The position numbers were made by a program, and so were the translations under genes. The notes below the pieces were generated by a model. The model worked only from the letters and a program-made list of their open reading frames with translations. It was not told the origin of the DNA and searched no databases. Below, in pieces: positions 39,607 through 47,970 of a stretch of DNA of 64,000 nucleotides (positions are counted from its first letter, which is position 1; every line of letters begins with the position of its first letter). Origin of the DNA: Arenicellales bacterium (GTDB taxonomy: Bacteria; Pseudomonadota; Gammaproteobacteria; Arenicellales; JAJDZL01); the NCBI GenBank assembly GCA_965243305.1, contig CBDEUN010000002.1, positions 1,323 to 65,322 of the forward strand, read 5' to 3'.

Positions 39607-41445
39607 AAGGTTCTGTCTGCTCTTCGCTTTTTACGAATCTGCCGGTCACATTCCCCAGACCGTCACGAACCGCTCTCCAACCTTCTCTTCGCGACTGAAT
39701 ATCTTCTCCTTCCAAGTCCGCTTCTCCGACCGGTCGAATATGATCAAATGACCTTCATCAGTGCCGCAACCATCCATATACTTCGCAATTTGCTCCAGTC
39801 CCTCGTGCACCGTGCACTCCAAGCCACCGCGCCGCAACTTGCATTCGATTACCATCTTCTGCATCCCGCTTCCCTGTCTCCACACCACCAGCAGATCGGT
39901 GCGACCGCGGCCAATGCCATACTCCCGCTCAATGTGACCGCCCACATTGACCACCCGCTGCAGAAATGCCTGTAACAGCAACTGCGGTCCCGCCTTCTGA
40001 TAGTCGAACCGCTTTATCCAGTGCTCGGAATTCTCCCGGAAAAACTCCTGAAACGCCGCCATTAGACGATTCATGACAAGCATTCCATCCTCAACGAACC
40101 AGACCGTTTCAAATGGTAGGAACTCGTCATGGGCATTCAGCAGTTCGCGCGGAATGATTTCACGGTAAATGGGATTGGCAATCTCAACCGGTGGCTGCTG
40201 TCTGATCAGACCCAGATCCCGGATATAACGCACATCATCCGTGCTCAGCTCTTTTGCAGTGGGCTCACCGCTCAGCAAAGGCTCAATCACCCGCCTGACT
40301 CGATCCTCCCGCAGCTTGTCCGCCAGTTGGTCAAGGTGCGTATCGCGCCGCCGAATCAGTGTATCCCGAGCAGAAAGAATGTCATCAGCCTCAATCGTCT
40401 GGCCGTGGTTCGGCACTGCTTTCAGGGCTTGTGCGGCCAGCGCATTGACCAGCCACGGCTGTCCACGGGTTGCCCGCCAGACCTCTGCCAGGGCCTCACC
40501 GCTCCACGCCTGCCCGGTGTCTTTGCTGTGCTGCTCCAACAGCGCACGAGTCTCTCTCTCATCGAAATCGCCAAGCCGTAGGGACTCCGCCTTAATGTTG
40601 AACGCGCTGCCGCCGGCAATGACTGCCTTCTCAGCGCTTGAGTGTATCCGGTAGTCGCGCACATCCCGAATCCCGCACAGAATGACCGTTTGGGGAAAGC
40701 GTTCTGGACGGTCGATGTAACCAGAACGCAGCTGACGCAGCACTGAAATCAGCGAGTCACCCATCAGTGCATCAATCTCATCAATCATCACCACCAGCGG
40801 CACGGGGCTTGTAGCCGACCACTGATGCAACACATCTTGAAACGCACCATGTCCGCCCGACTTATTAAGAATCTGCGGCCAAACCTCATCGACAAAAGGA
40901 TCTTTGAGTCCGAATTTCGCTGCGCTGGCAAGTCGACTTAGAATCGTCTGCATTGCACTGTGTACGTCTTCGCGGGCGGTCTGAGCTGGCTCAACATTCA
41001 CATACACTGCGCGATACCCCCCAGTCGCATTCAGTTCGTCTCGTAATGCAACCAGTGCGGAGGTCTTGCCGGTCTGGCGCGGCGCATGTAGCACAAAGTA
41101 TCTTTCCCGCTCGATCAGACGGAAAATCTCATCCCGGTCAACCCGCTCAAGCGGACTGATGTGATAGTGTTTTTCCGGTTTGATGGGGCCGGCAGTGTTG
41201 AAGAAGCGCATGAATCGAATTATACCGCCTTGGTTTTCCGCTTAAATTTGTCCGCTTCACATTAGCGCCAGCTACACTGGGTTCAGATGGCTAGATTGAT
41301 GCACGCAATTGATCAGAAAACGGAGCGGTTCCTGGTGTTGGCTCTGCGGCCTGACCCCTTGACAATCAATCAGGATTACGACTTCATCGGGACTTCGGCA
41401 TCGCGAATCCGTCTAATTTCAGCCCAAATTTTGAGTAGGGAACTC
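39607..41445. repeat. Diverged direct repeat, copy 2 (full-length unit)
   Basis: See copy 1. The homology covers the 3' flank, the C-terminal ~300 codons and the 5' upstream region (CCTGACCCCTTGACAATCAATCAGGATTACGAC... versus CCTGACCTCCTGACAATCAGCCAGGATCACGAC...). Confidence 0.75.
39646..41211 (-). CDS. AAA-like P-loop ATPase fused to a C-terminal PD-(D/E)XK nuclease domain
   Basis: 521 aa. It has MRFFNTAGPIKPEKHY...HAPRQTGKTS (Walker A), VVMIDEIDAL (Walker B) and a C-terminal GRGRTDLLVVW...MVIECKL (D...ExK). It is visibly GC-richer than its surroundings. The family name (AAA-ATPase_like/AAA_35 + PDDEXK_9) is from memory. Confidence 0.8.
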   Translation of the reverse strand: MRFFNTAGPIKPEKHYHISPLERVDRDEIFRLIERERYFVLHAPRQTGKTSALVALRDELNATGGYRAVYVNVEPAQTAREDVHSAMQTILSRLASAAKFGLKDPFVDEVWPQILNKSGGHGAFQDVLHQWSATSPVPLVVMIDEIDALMGDSLISVLRQLRSGYIDRPERFPQTVILCGIRDVRDYRIHSSAEKAVIAGGSAFNIKAESLRLGDFDERETRALLEQHSKDTGQAWSGEALAEVWRATRGQPWLVNALAAQALKAVPNHGQTIEADDILSARDTLIRRRDTHLDQLADKLREDRVRRVIEPLLSGEPTAKELSTDDVRYIRDLGLIRQQPPVEIANPIYREIIPRELLNAHDEFLPFETVWFVEDGMLVMNRLMAAFQEFFRENSEHWIKRFDYQKAGPQLLLQAFLQRVVNVGGHIEREYGIGRGRTDLLVVWRQGSGMQKMVIECKLRRGGLECTVHEGLEQIAKYMDGCGTDEGHLIIFDRSEKRTWKEKIFSREEKVGERFVTVWGM

Positions 41446-41777
41446 TATTTCGGAATTTTCAAAGTGACAATTAAGTCGCTGTCGAAAGTGTTCCAAATTA
41501 TTCATTCTATAGGGTTATTGTCCCAAAACACAGATATAGAGTCAACAAAGATGCTTATAAACTAAAGGTGATACTCATTCGGGGTTTGACTTCGATCAGG
41601 TTGTCAACATTTTTGCATTTATCACGATTGAATTGAAGAACTGGTTCGTCAGCGCACAATCATTCTCTCTAATTCCGTACGCGATTGAAAATTCGGAAAA
41701 TTTATTCTGTATTAGCCTCAACTATTGGAAGCGTACAGGTAAATAATTCTGGCTTTAGAAACAATGTCCGCGTCACA

Positions 41778-42923
41778 TTAAGAGAACCTTAATGAGTTGG
41801 TCTGAGTGATTTGATTCCCGTAATTCAATAGCAGACTCCTCCATCTAATTACATGAATTCCTTCTTTCGAAATAAATTCCTGAAGATCATATTGATGAAC
41901 TTGAACAGCATCGCATTCAGGAAATTTTGACTTGAAGTACTTCAAATTCTTGGAGATGCCTCTATATCGAAGTTTACATTCGATCGCACAAACAGGTTGA
42001 TTATTTTCCGTAATGATCAAATCTACCTCCCGCCCATCAACATCTCGAAAATAAACCAGGTCAACATCACGACCTTCCCAGTCCTGAATATAGTGAACCC
42101 ACTTTAGTATGTGACTCGCGACCAAGTTTTCGAATCGTAGCCCTTCATCCTCTACTTCTGCCCAATTGTAGTGATAGTGCTTCTGCTCTTTTTTTACAGC
42201 TCTAATCTTTGGCGATCCAAGTGGGGAAAGTCGATAAATCAAGTACATTCGTTCGAAAATACTCAACCAACTAGAGACTGTCTTGTGGGCACAGTTCAGA
42301 TCCTCTCGAAGCGCGTTGATTGATAAAGGACTGCCGACTAGTTGAGGCAATCGCAACAGCAGCAATTCCATGGAAGATAATTTTTGCGTCAATTCCAAGT
42401 CTCTAATATCCTCATTCACTACCCTAGTTCGGAATTCACGCATCCAACGACGTGCTTGCTTTTGTGATCCAGATAGAAATGGTTCTGGGAATCCACCCAA
42501 TTTCAATAGGATTTCTAATTCGGCTTGCGATCGAATATCGAGTTCGTCCACAGTTAATGGATGCAATCGGTAATAGTGATAACGACCCTGTAACGAGTCA
42601 CCGAAATGGCGATAGTAGTCAAGCCTCGCACTACCAGCTACTAAGATTTTCTTTCCAATATAGTGCTTGTCATAAAAGCCCTTGATGTAGTTTCGCCAGT
42701 TTCCAAATTTATGTATTTCATCGAATATTACGAATGATTCAACAGGGAATATTTCTTTCAGAACAATTTCCCGATCTTCCGGGTCGTCCCAGTTCAGGTA
42801 CCGATGTCCACCAGGTGCAATATTGAGGGAAAGGGTTGTTTTTCCAACTAGTCGTGGACCACCAACAAAAACCATTTTTCGATTTAGGTCCTCAATCACA
42901 CTAGGTTCTAAATATCGTTGCAT
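41778..42923 (-). CDS. COG1373-type ATPase (AAA_14 N-terminal domain + DUF4143 nuclease-like C-terminal domain)
   Basis: 381 aa with FVGGPRLVGKTTL (Walker A), IFDEIHKF (Walker B) and a C-terminal GREVDLIITENNQPVCAIECKL (D...ExK). Confidence 0.8.
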   Translation of the reverse strand: MQRYLEPSVIEDLNRKMVFVGGPRLVGKTTLSLNIAPGGHRYLNWDDPEDREIVLKEIFPVESFVIFDEIHKFGNWRNYIKGFYDKHYIGKKILVAGSARLDYYRHFGDSLQGRYHYYRLHPLTVDELDIRSQAELEILLKLGGFPEPFLSGSQKQARRWMREFRTRVVNEDIRDLELTQKLSSMELLLLRLPQLVGSPLSINALREDLNCAHKTVSSWLSIFERMYLIYRLSPLGSPKIRAVKKEQKHYHYNWAEVEDEGLRFENLVASHILKWVHYIQDWEGRDVDLVYFRDVDGREVDLIITENNQPVCAIECKLRYRGISKNLKYFKSKFPECDAVQVHQYDLQEFISKEGIHVIRWRSLLLNYGNQITQTNSLRFS

Positions 42924-42974
42924 GACTCAATTTGACATGAATTTTATAAACATGTAAAAATACTCGCTATTATT

Positions 42975-42990
42975 TTTGACTATAGTCAAA
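42975..42990. promoter_or_regulatory. Perfect 16-bp palindrome upstream of the COG1373 ATPase gene
   Basis: TTTGACTATAGTCAAA, about 52 nt upstream of the ATG at 42923 on the minus strand. It contains TTGACT on both strands. Confidence 0.3.
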
Positions 42991-43148
42991 TTTACCAGAG
43001 CCATTTTGGGAGATTTGTACAAATTGTTGATAGATTTTCACTTTGACTATTAATTCATAGCCGCAATAAAATTTCAGTCAGCCAATTGAATTAGAGAGTT
43101 ATCGGCAAGATCGATTGAAGCGATAGATCCAAACCGTTTCGTTTGGAA

Positions 43149-43634
43149 TTAACTTCCGGGAATATCGTATTGCTCGCAAATGCTATCTAGGTCCACTAAC
43201 CAAATGTAGCACACACTGTGACCGGTGTAGAGCGACCTTTTGCCACCAAGTTCAAGCGTTCGGGTAGAGGGTAAAAGCACCTTGTACACCCAGTTCAAAG
43301 CCAACGTAAAGTAGGCGGTAGTTGGAATTTCAGGCATTCGCTCGCGACGCCTTCCTGTCGTGTCCAGCACCACAATGTCCTCATCCAGATGGAGTTAAGG
43401 CTCGTCAATTTTCCACCGTCCGTCAGGACCAGAACCACCGTAACCGAAACTGGAAGGTGTACCGATGCGATTCCTAAACCTCGAACTGGCTAAGGAGCAT
43501 AGAAAATTTGGTTTTGCGTGGCTATAGAGCGTTCTTCAACAAATTCTGCACATTGTCCGGTGGCGCATTCAGCACGACCTGATATGTCGCTCGCGGTGAA
43601 CAGTACCTGAATTTTCCTGTCTGCGATTTTTCAT
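43149..43634 (-). pseudogene. Uma2 (DUF820) family PD-(D/E)XK endonuclease, decayed
   Basis: The 3' ORF (43149..43373) reads ...DIVVLDTTGRRRERMPEIP...LALNWVYKVLLPSTRTLELGGKRSLYTGHSVCYIWLVDLD, which fits the Uma2 pattern. Upstream in the same frame is GYGGSGPDGRWKIDEP*LHLDED, with TAA where GAA is expected. Further upstream, VLNAPPDNVQNLLKNAL* carries more stops. Confidence 0.6.
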
Positions 43635-44053
43635 TGCGTTCTCAGTCGTCCTAGGTGTTGCGGTTCAATTCTAATCTATCGATTTATATTTCCTCTCTGT
43701 ACTGTCGTGTCAGTTACAGGTTGATGTTGCTCCTTCTCAAAAACAGTTCTGAAAAACTCTATTTGGCCATGAAAGAACAGTGAATATTTTGCTGATTTCA
43801 CAGAATCTGATTCCAGTTCCAATTTGCGATGGTATTGATGTGCTCGGAGGAAGAGGTGTGATAGACACAAGCCGCCTGGACAGTAGAACTATCCAGGTTG
43901 GTTCTTGCCAAAGTATTTTCAGAAACTATTGACTTTGGCAATTCTGCCCATAAAATTTTTTTAGACTGCAAAACACGTTTACATATTTTGAGATGGCACT
44001 GAATGCAATTTTTCACCAATATTTGACAATTCAAGAAAGCAAGGAATCCATTA

Positions 44054-44212
44054 ATGAACAACAGCAGCAATTTCCAATTGGAAAATTTGGCTGAGACCAT
44101 AGAGCAGATGAAGCAACAGTCTTGCGATTTCCCTGTTGATGGTCGCTGCACAGTAGAAGATTTCGAAAAAATCGATGTTGATGTTCTGTACCCGCGTATT
44201 CGAAAGTTTTGA
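44054..44212 (+). CDS. Small hypothetical protein (52 aa)
   Basis: My own translation: MNNSSNFQLENLAETIEQMKQQSCDFPVDGRCTVEDFEKIDVDVLYPRIRKF. It is below the track cutoff and has no recognisable family. Confidence 0.25.
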   Translation: MNNSSNFQLENLAETIEQMKQQSCDFPVDGRCTVEDFEKIDVDVLYPRIRKF

Positions 44213-44366
44213 GAATTATCAGAATCAGGAACTAGTTGACACCAGCAGAGCATTGAAATCCATGTGTTTGGCGATGCCTGATGTGGCTCACATGAAAAAT
44301 ATTTAGAAAGAACAGGAATATGAAAGAAAACAGCAGATTGTTACTGATGTATGCAAGGAGTAAAAA

Positions 44367-44630
44367 ATGACTGAAGAAATAAAGGAACTACGTATTACCC
44401 AAGAAAATCTTACCGTTCCGATTGATACATTCAAGGAAGGAATAATGGCCGAACTCGACAATATCAGGGAAGCGACATACGCCTGGTATTGGGAGATGTA
44501 CCATAAGGATATTGAGTATGGCGATGCCGAAATGTATGAGAGCATCACTGGCAGACTGGATGAAATCTTTGATGAAATGCACGGTATGATCGCTTTACAG
44601 AGAATGAATGAAATAATGGAAAAGCACTAG
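44367..44630 (+). CDS. Small acidic hypothetical protein whose 3' end is altered by the IS4 insertion
   Basis: 87 aa with AAGGAG 8 nt upstream of the ATG. The IS enters after ...NEIMEK. Without the IS the ORF would end ...NEIMEKEKE* at 45980..45982. Confidence 0.45.
   Translation: MTEEIKELRITQENLTVPIDTFKEGIMAELDNIREATYAWYWEMYHKDIEYGDAEMYESITGRLDEIFDEMHGMIALQRMNEIMEKH
44616..44624. repeat. 9-bp target-site duplication ATGGAAAAG (left) of IS4 copy A
   Basis: Identical 9-mer at 45962..45970, both directly abutting CACTAGTG termini. Confidence 0.85.
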
Positions 44631-45961
44631 TGTCCCGTTGTTTTGAGAAAACAGTGGTGTATCTGATTGATTTCAATAATATAAACCCCTGTTGGAGGGT
44701 GTCCGAGACTTCAGCGAAAGCAGTGGTCTCGAATAACCCTCCAAACCGAGTTATTATCAATCAGGAGTATACCCATCATGTACGAGGGAAAGTTCATTTT
44801 TTCGCAGCTTATGGCCCACCTGCCATGGAAATCGTTTCACCGCTGTGTGGATCGCTACCGGGGCGATCACAAAGTTCAATCCTTTTATTGCTCACAACAA
44901 TACCGGGCCATGGCCATTGCGCAGTTGAATCGCCGCAGCAGTTTACGCGATCTGGTGGTTTGCCTGCGTACCCATCACGACAAACTGTACCACTTGGGTT
45001 TGCCCGGCGGGGTGTCGAGAAGCACGCTGGCCAAAGCGAATGAAAATCGCGACTGGCGCCTGTATGCCGACTTTGCGCAACACCTGATCGCACAAGCTCG
45101 GCCACTGTATGGCCCGCAAGACAGCGGGCTGAATCTTCAGGAAACCATCTATGCCCTCGACTCCTCAACCATCGATCTGTGCCTGTCGGTGTTTCCGTGG
45201 GCACGGTTTCGCAAAACCAAATCCGGCATCAAGCTGCATACATTATTGGATTTACAGGGAAACATCCCCTCATTCATCGAAATCACCGAAGCGAAGCTCA
45301 ATGATGTCAACGTTCTTGATGCCCTGCTGCCAGAACCCGGCGCCATCTATGTGATGGATCGGGCATACCTTGATTACGAGCGCCTGCACACGTTTCACCG
45401 CTACGGCAGCTACTTTGTGGTGCGTGCCAAATCCAACACCCAATTCCGCCGCCTGTACTCGCATGCAAACGACAGGAATGAAGGGTTGATCTATGATCAG
45501 AGCGGTGTGCTGACCGGGACCAAAAGTGCGAAGCGTTATCCGGATAAACTCAGACGCATCAGGTATGTCGACCGCGAGCGGGACAAGAGTCTGATTTTCC
45601 TGACCAACAATACATATCTGCCGGCGCTGACTATTGCTGAACTATACAGGAACAGATGGCAGGTGGAGCTTTTCTTTAAGTGGATCAAACAGCACCTGCG
45701 AATCAAATCGTTCTACGGTACCAGCGAAAATGCCGTCAAAACACAAATCTGGATTGCTGTTTCGGTTTATGTGTTACTTGCGATCATCAGGAAACGAGTG
45801 AATTTCAAGGAAAATCTCTACACTTTCTGCCAGGTTCTTGATACGACTTTATTTGAGAAAATGACACTAATTCAACTACTTGCAAATTACAATCCCAAAC
45901 CAGAACCGCGGCCGTCTCTTAAACAATTGAATTTATTCGATAATTTAACGGGACACTAGTG
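44625..45961 (+). mobile_element. IS4-family insertion sequence, copy A (1337 bp)
   Basis: Perfect terminal IRs CACTAGTGTCCCGTT / AACGGGACACTAGTG, a 9-bp TSD and a 393-aa DDE transposase. It is identical to copy B over every stretch I compared (both terminal ~150 bp and the whole transposase translation). Confidence 0.9.
44778..45959 (+). CDS. IS4-family DDE transposase (DUF4372 N-terminus + DDE_Tnp_1)
   Basis: 393 aa. MYEGKFIFSQLMAHLPW... is typical of DUF4372-type IS4 transposases, with the DDE context ALDSSTIDL, YVMDRAY and YRNRWQVELFFKWIKQ. Confidence 0.9.
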   Translation: MYEGKFIFSQLMAHLPWKSFHRCVDRYRGDHKVQSFYCSQQYRAMAIAQLNRRSSLRDLVVCLRTHHDKLYHLGLPGGVSRSTLAKANENRDWRLYADFAQHLIAQARPLYGPQDSGLNLQETIYALDSSTIDLCLSVFPWARFRKTKSGIKLHTLLDLQGNIPSFIEITEAKLNDVNVLDALLPEPGAIYVMDRAYLDYERLHTFHRYGSYFVVRAKSNTQFRRLYSHANDRNEGLIYDQSGVLTGTKSAKRYPDKLRRIRYVDRERDKSLIFLTNNTYLPALTIAELYRNRWQVELFFKWIKQHLRIKSFYGTSENAVKTQIWIAVSVYVLLAIIRKRVNFKENLYTFCQVLDTTLFEKMTLIQLLANYNPKPEPRPSLKQLNLFDNLTGH

Positions 45962-45970
45962 ATGGAAAAG
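45962..45970. repeat. 9-bp target-site duplication ATGGAAAAG (right) of IS4 copy A
   Basis: See the left copy. Confidence 0.85.
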
Positions 45971-46211
45971 GAGAAAGAATAAGCCCGTAAATTGTTGCTC
46001 TGACTCTCCCAACAAGATCGTCAGCCGATACGCTAGAAAGTTGCTGAAGATTTGGCAGGTCGGCACAATATTCGTAAGAAAAATACTATTGACTGGATGA
46101 AAAGTGCTACTGTCGGAATGATCCTTAAAAAATTGGAAAATAACGAACTGACCGTTGGCATTGATGGCAGATTGAATTGACTATGAATAGATTAGAGAGG
46201 GATAGAGGTAA

Positions 46212-47246
46212 TTGATAATGGGGTGGTCTTATTTTTATAAAAGAATTTTTCAGCATGGTCCCAATTTCGTCAATGATTACTATGATGTTCTGAAATACAT
46301 TCTGGATACCACATCCTCCCCCGAAAGTACCGCTATCTGCGAAAACCTGTTTTGTGAGTACTTGACTGACAACTACGGTAAATACGAAGCAGAACGGACT
46401 TATACCCTTCTGTGTGTAATTAATGACTCATTTCATGCACTGCTTAAGACAATCAAACATGATGGTGAAAGAGGCCGACAAAAAATTTATGAGGACAGCA
46501 TTTGCCCGCATCTGCCCGATTTGAAGGAAATGCCGAATGAAAATCAGAGTAGCAATGCAGAATTAAGAAGATCAATTTCGAATCTGATAAGAGACAGCAA
46601 GATATTGACTGACGTGGGCTTAAACAGCATTCATATTCATATCAGTGAATTCGAATCCGGTTGCATTTCGGCTGAGAGAGTGGGTCTATCAAAAAATGAA
46701 AACAAGGAAAGAAGTGAGCGACTCCGTAAAAGTCTCAGAAACAGTCCGTATCATTTCATTGAGGTTCAGGGCGTGTTTGTGGTGGATAAAGGTAGTAAAG
46801 ATTGGAAAGAAATAGAAATTTTAAAACTGAAGCAGGATGCGACATTCAGAATGATGAATAAGACTACGATCAAGGAAACATTATTTTTTGTATTTGACTT
46901 TGACAATGCCGGGGGATTGATGAAATTTCTAAAAACAAAAATGGAAATTTATTACCAAGAGAATTTCCTGTTTATGGAACCAAGCAGATATGCTATGAAT
47001 CCAATCACTAAAGCCACCTTGTATAAAACTGATGGCCAAAAACATAGAATTGGCCGCAAAATCAAAGTTGATATTTATCGCAGGGGTGGCGGCAGAGATA
47101 TGATCAATGCCTTGATGAAGGGAAAAGTTCAATACTCTACACGTGCGAAACCAGTCAGATATTTCGTCGTCCAGGAATTTGCGGATAGAGAAAAAGCAAG
47201 ATACGAGTTAATTATGGAAAAGGCACTTGAGTATGGAGTGATTTGA
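46212..47246 (+). CDS. Hypothetical protein with no recognisable domain
   Basis: 344-aa ORF (the ATG at 46218 is the likelier start; AGAGGGATAGAGG lies upstream). It is AT-rich and Lys/Glu-rich, with no motif I can assign. Confidence 0.55.
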   Translation: MIMGWSYFYKRIFQHGPNFVNDYYDVLKYILDTTSSPESTAICENLFCEYLTDNYGKYEAERTYTLLCVINDSFHALLKTIKHDGERGRQKIYEDSICPHLPDLKEMPNENQSSNAELRRSISNLIRDSKILTDVGLNSIHIHISEFESGCISAERVGLSKNENKERSERLRKSLRNSPYHFIEVQGVFVVDKGSKDWKEIEILKLKQDATFRMMNKTTIKETLFFVFDFDNAGGLMKFLKTKMEIYYQENFLFMEPSRYAMNPITKATLYKTDGQKHRIGRKIKVDIYRRGGGRDMINALMKGKVQYSTRAKPVRYFVVQEFADREKARYELIMEKALEYGVI

Positions 47247-47970
47247 TTGAATTGAAGATGGAGCAATGTCAACAAATAAAGGAAATATGGATGGAGGACG
47301 CAAACGCTGTTTATGATGACCATTACATTCCTGAATCTGACTCTAGCAGAGTGATTGCGGTATTGGGTAGAGACTTAAAGGCATTCAATTAAGGAGTTGA
47401 TGCAAAGAGCTGGAAGCTGTCCGAAAAAGGTTGACAAATGCAGTACTTCAGCACAAGAATAGTGCGATCAGTGGCGGGCACAGACGTACCACCTAGTCGC
47501 TAATTGTTCTAGTACAAGTTTCGGAGTCAATTCATACCCGAATTAATGAGGTAAAGCGCTGATGTATCGGCATATAAGGATCTTCCTTAGCGTGTATTCA
47601 GGTGTTGATCGACAAATCCTGTTCTTCGACGCTAACTCTAATAAACAATTTGCCGAAGTCTGCCTTAACCATGAACTGAAAGTATCTGACATCGCCACGG
47701 CGATGAAAACAAACCAAGTTGCAGCCTGTCCGTAAAGTGATCATAATCAAGGCTGTTTTTGGGGTCAAATGCAACTGAGTGAGTTAATCCCAGCACCTTG
47801 GTAAAATCCACTACCAACGACTATATTTACAACGGAGGTTGAACGAATTATCATACCGATAAGACTACAGGCTATTACTCTAAAGAAATAGTCAATGCTG
47901 GCTTCGATCCCGACAGTATTTCGCTGGCGCGGAACTCTGTTTACAGAAAATCCATAAAACGAGAGACGAC

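Noticed and set aside
39374-39715. 113-aa minus-strand ORF between the DUF2807-like gene and the ATPase-nuclease gene
   Set aside because: It overlaps the 3' end of the 521-aa gene out of frame and runs through the hairpin and intergenic region, with no motifs.
41287-41565. 92-aa plus-strand ORF upstream of the ATPase-nuclease gene
   Set aside because: It lies in the leader region that is homologous between the two repeat copies, but the ORF is not conserved in copy 1, so it is likely noncoding.
43798-44253. 151-aa minus-strand ORF in the AT-rich gap
   Set aside because: The composition is low-complexity and Cys/Ser/Phe-rich with no RBS and no motif. It overlaps a better-looking small plus-strand ORF, so I treated it as an AT-rich chance ORF.
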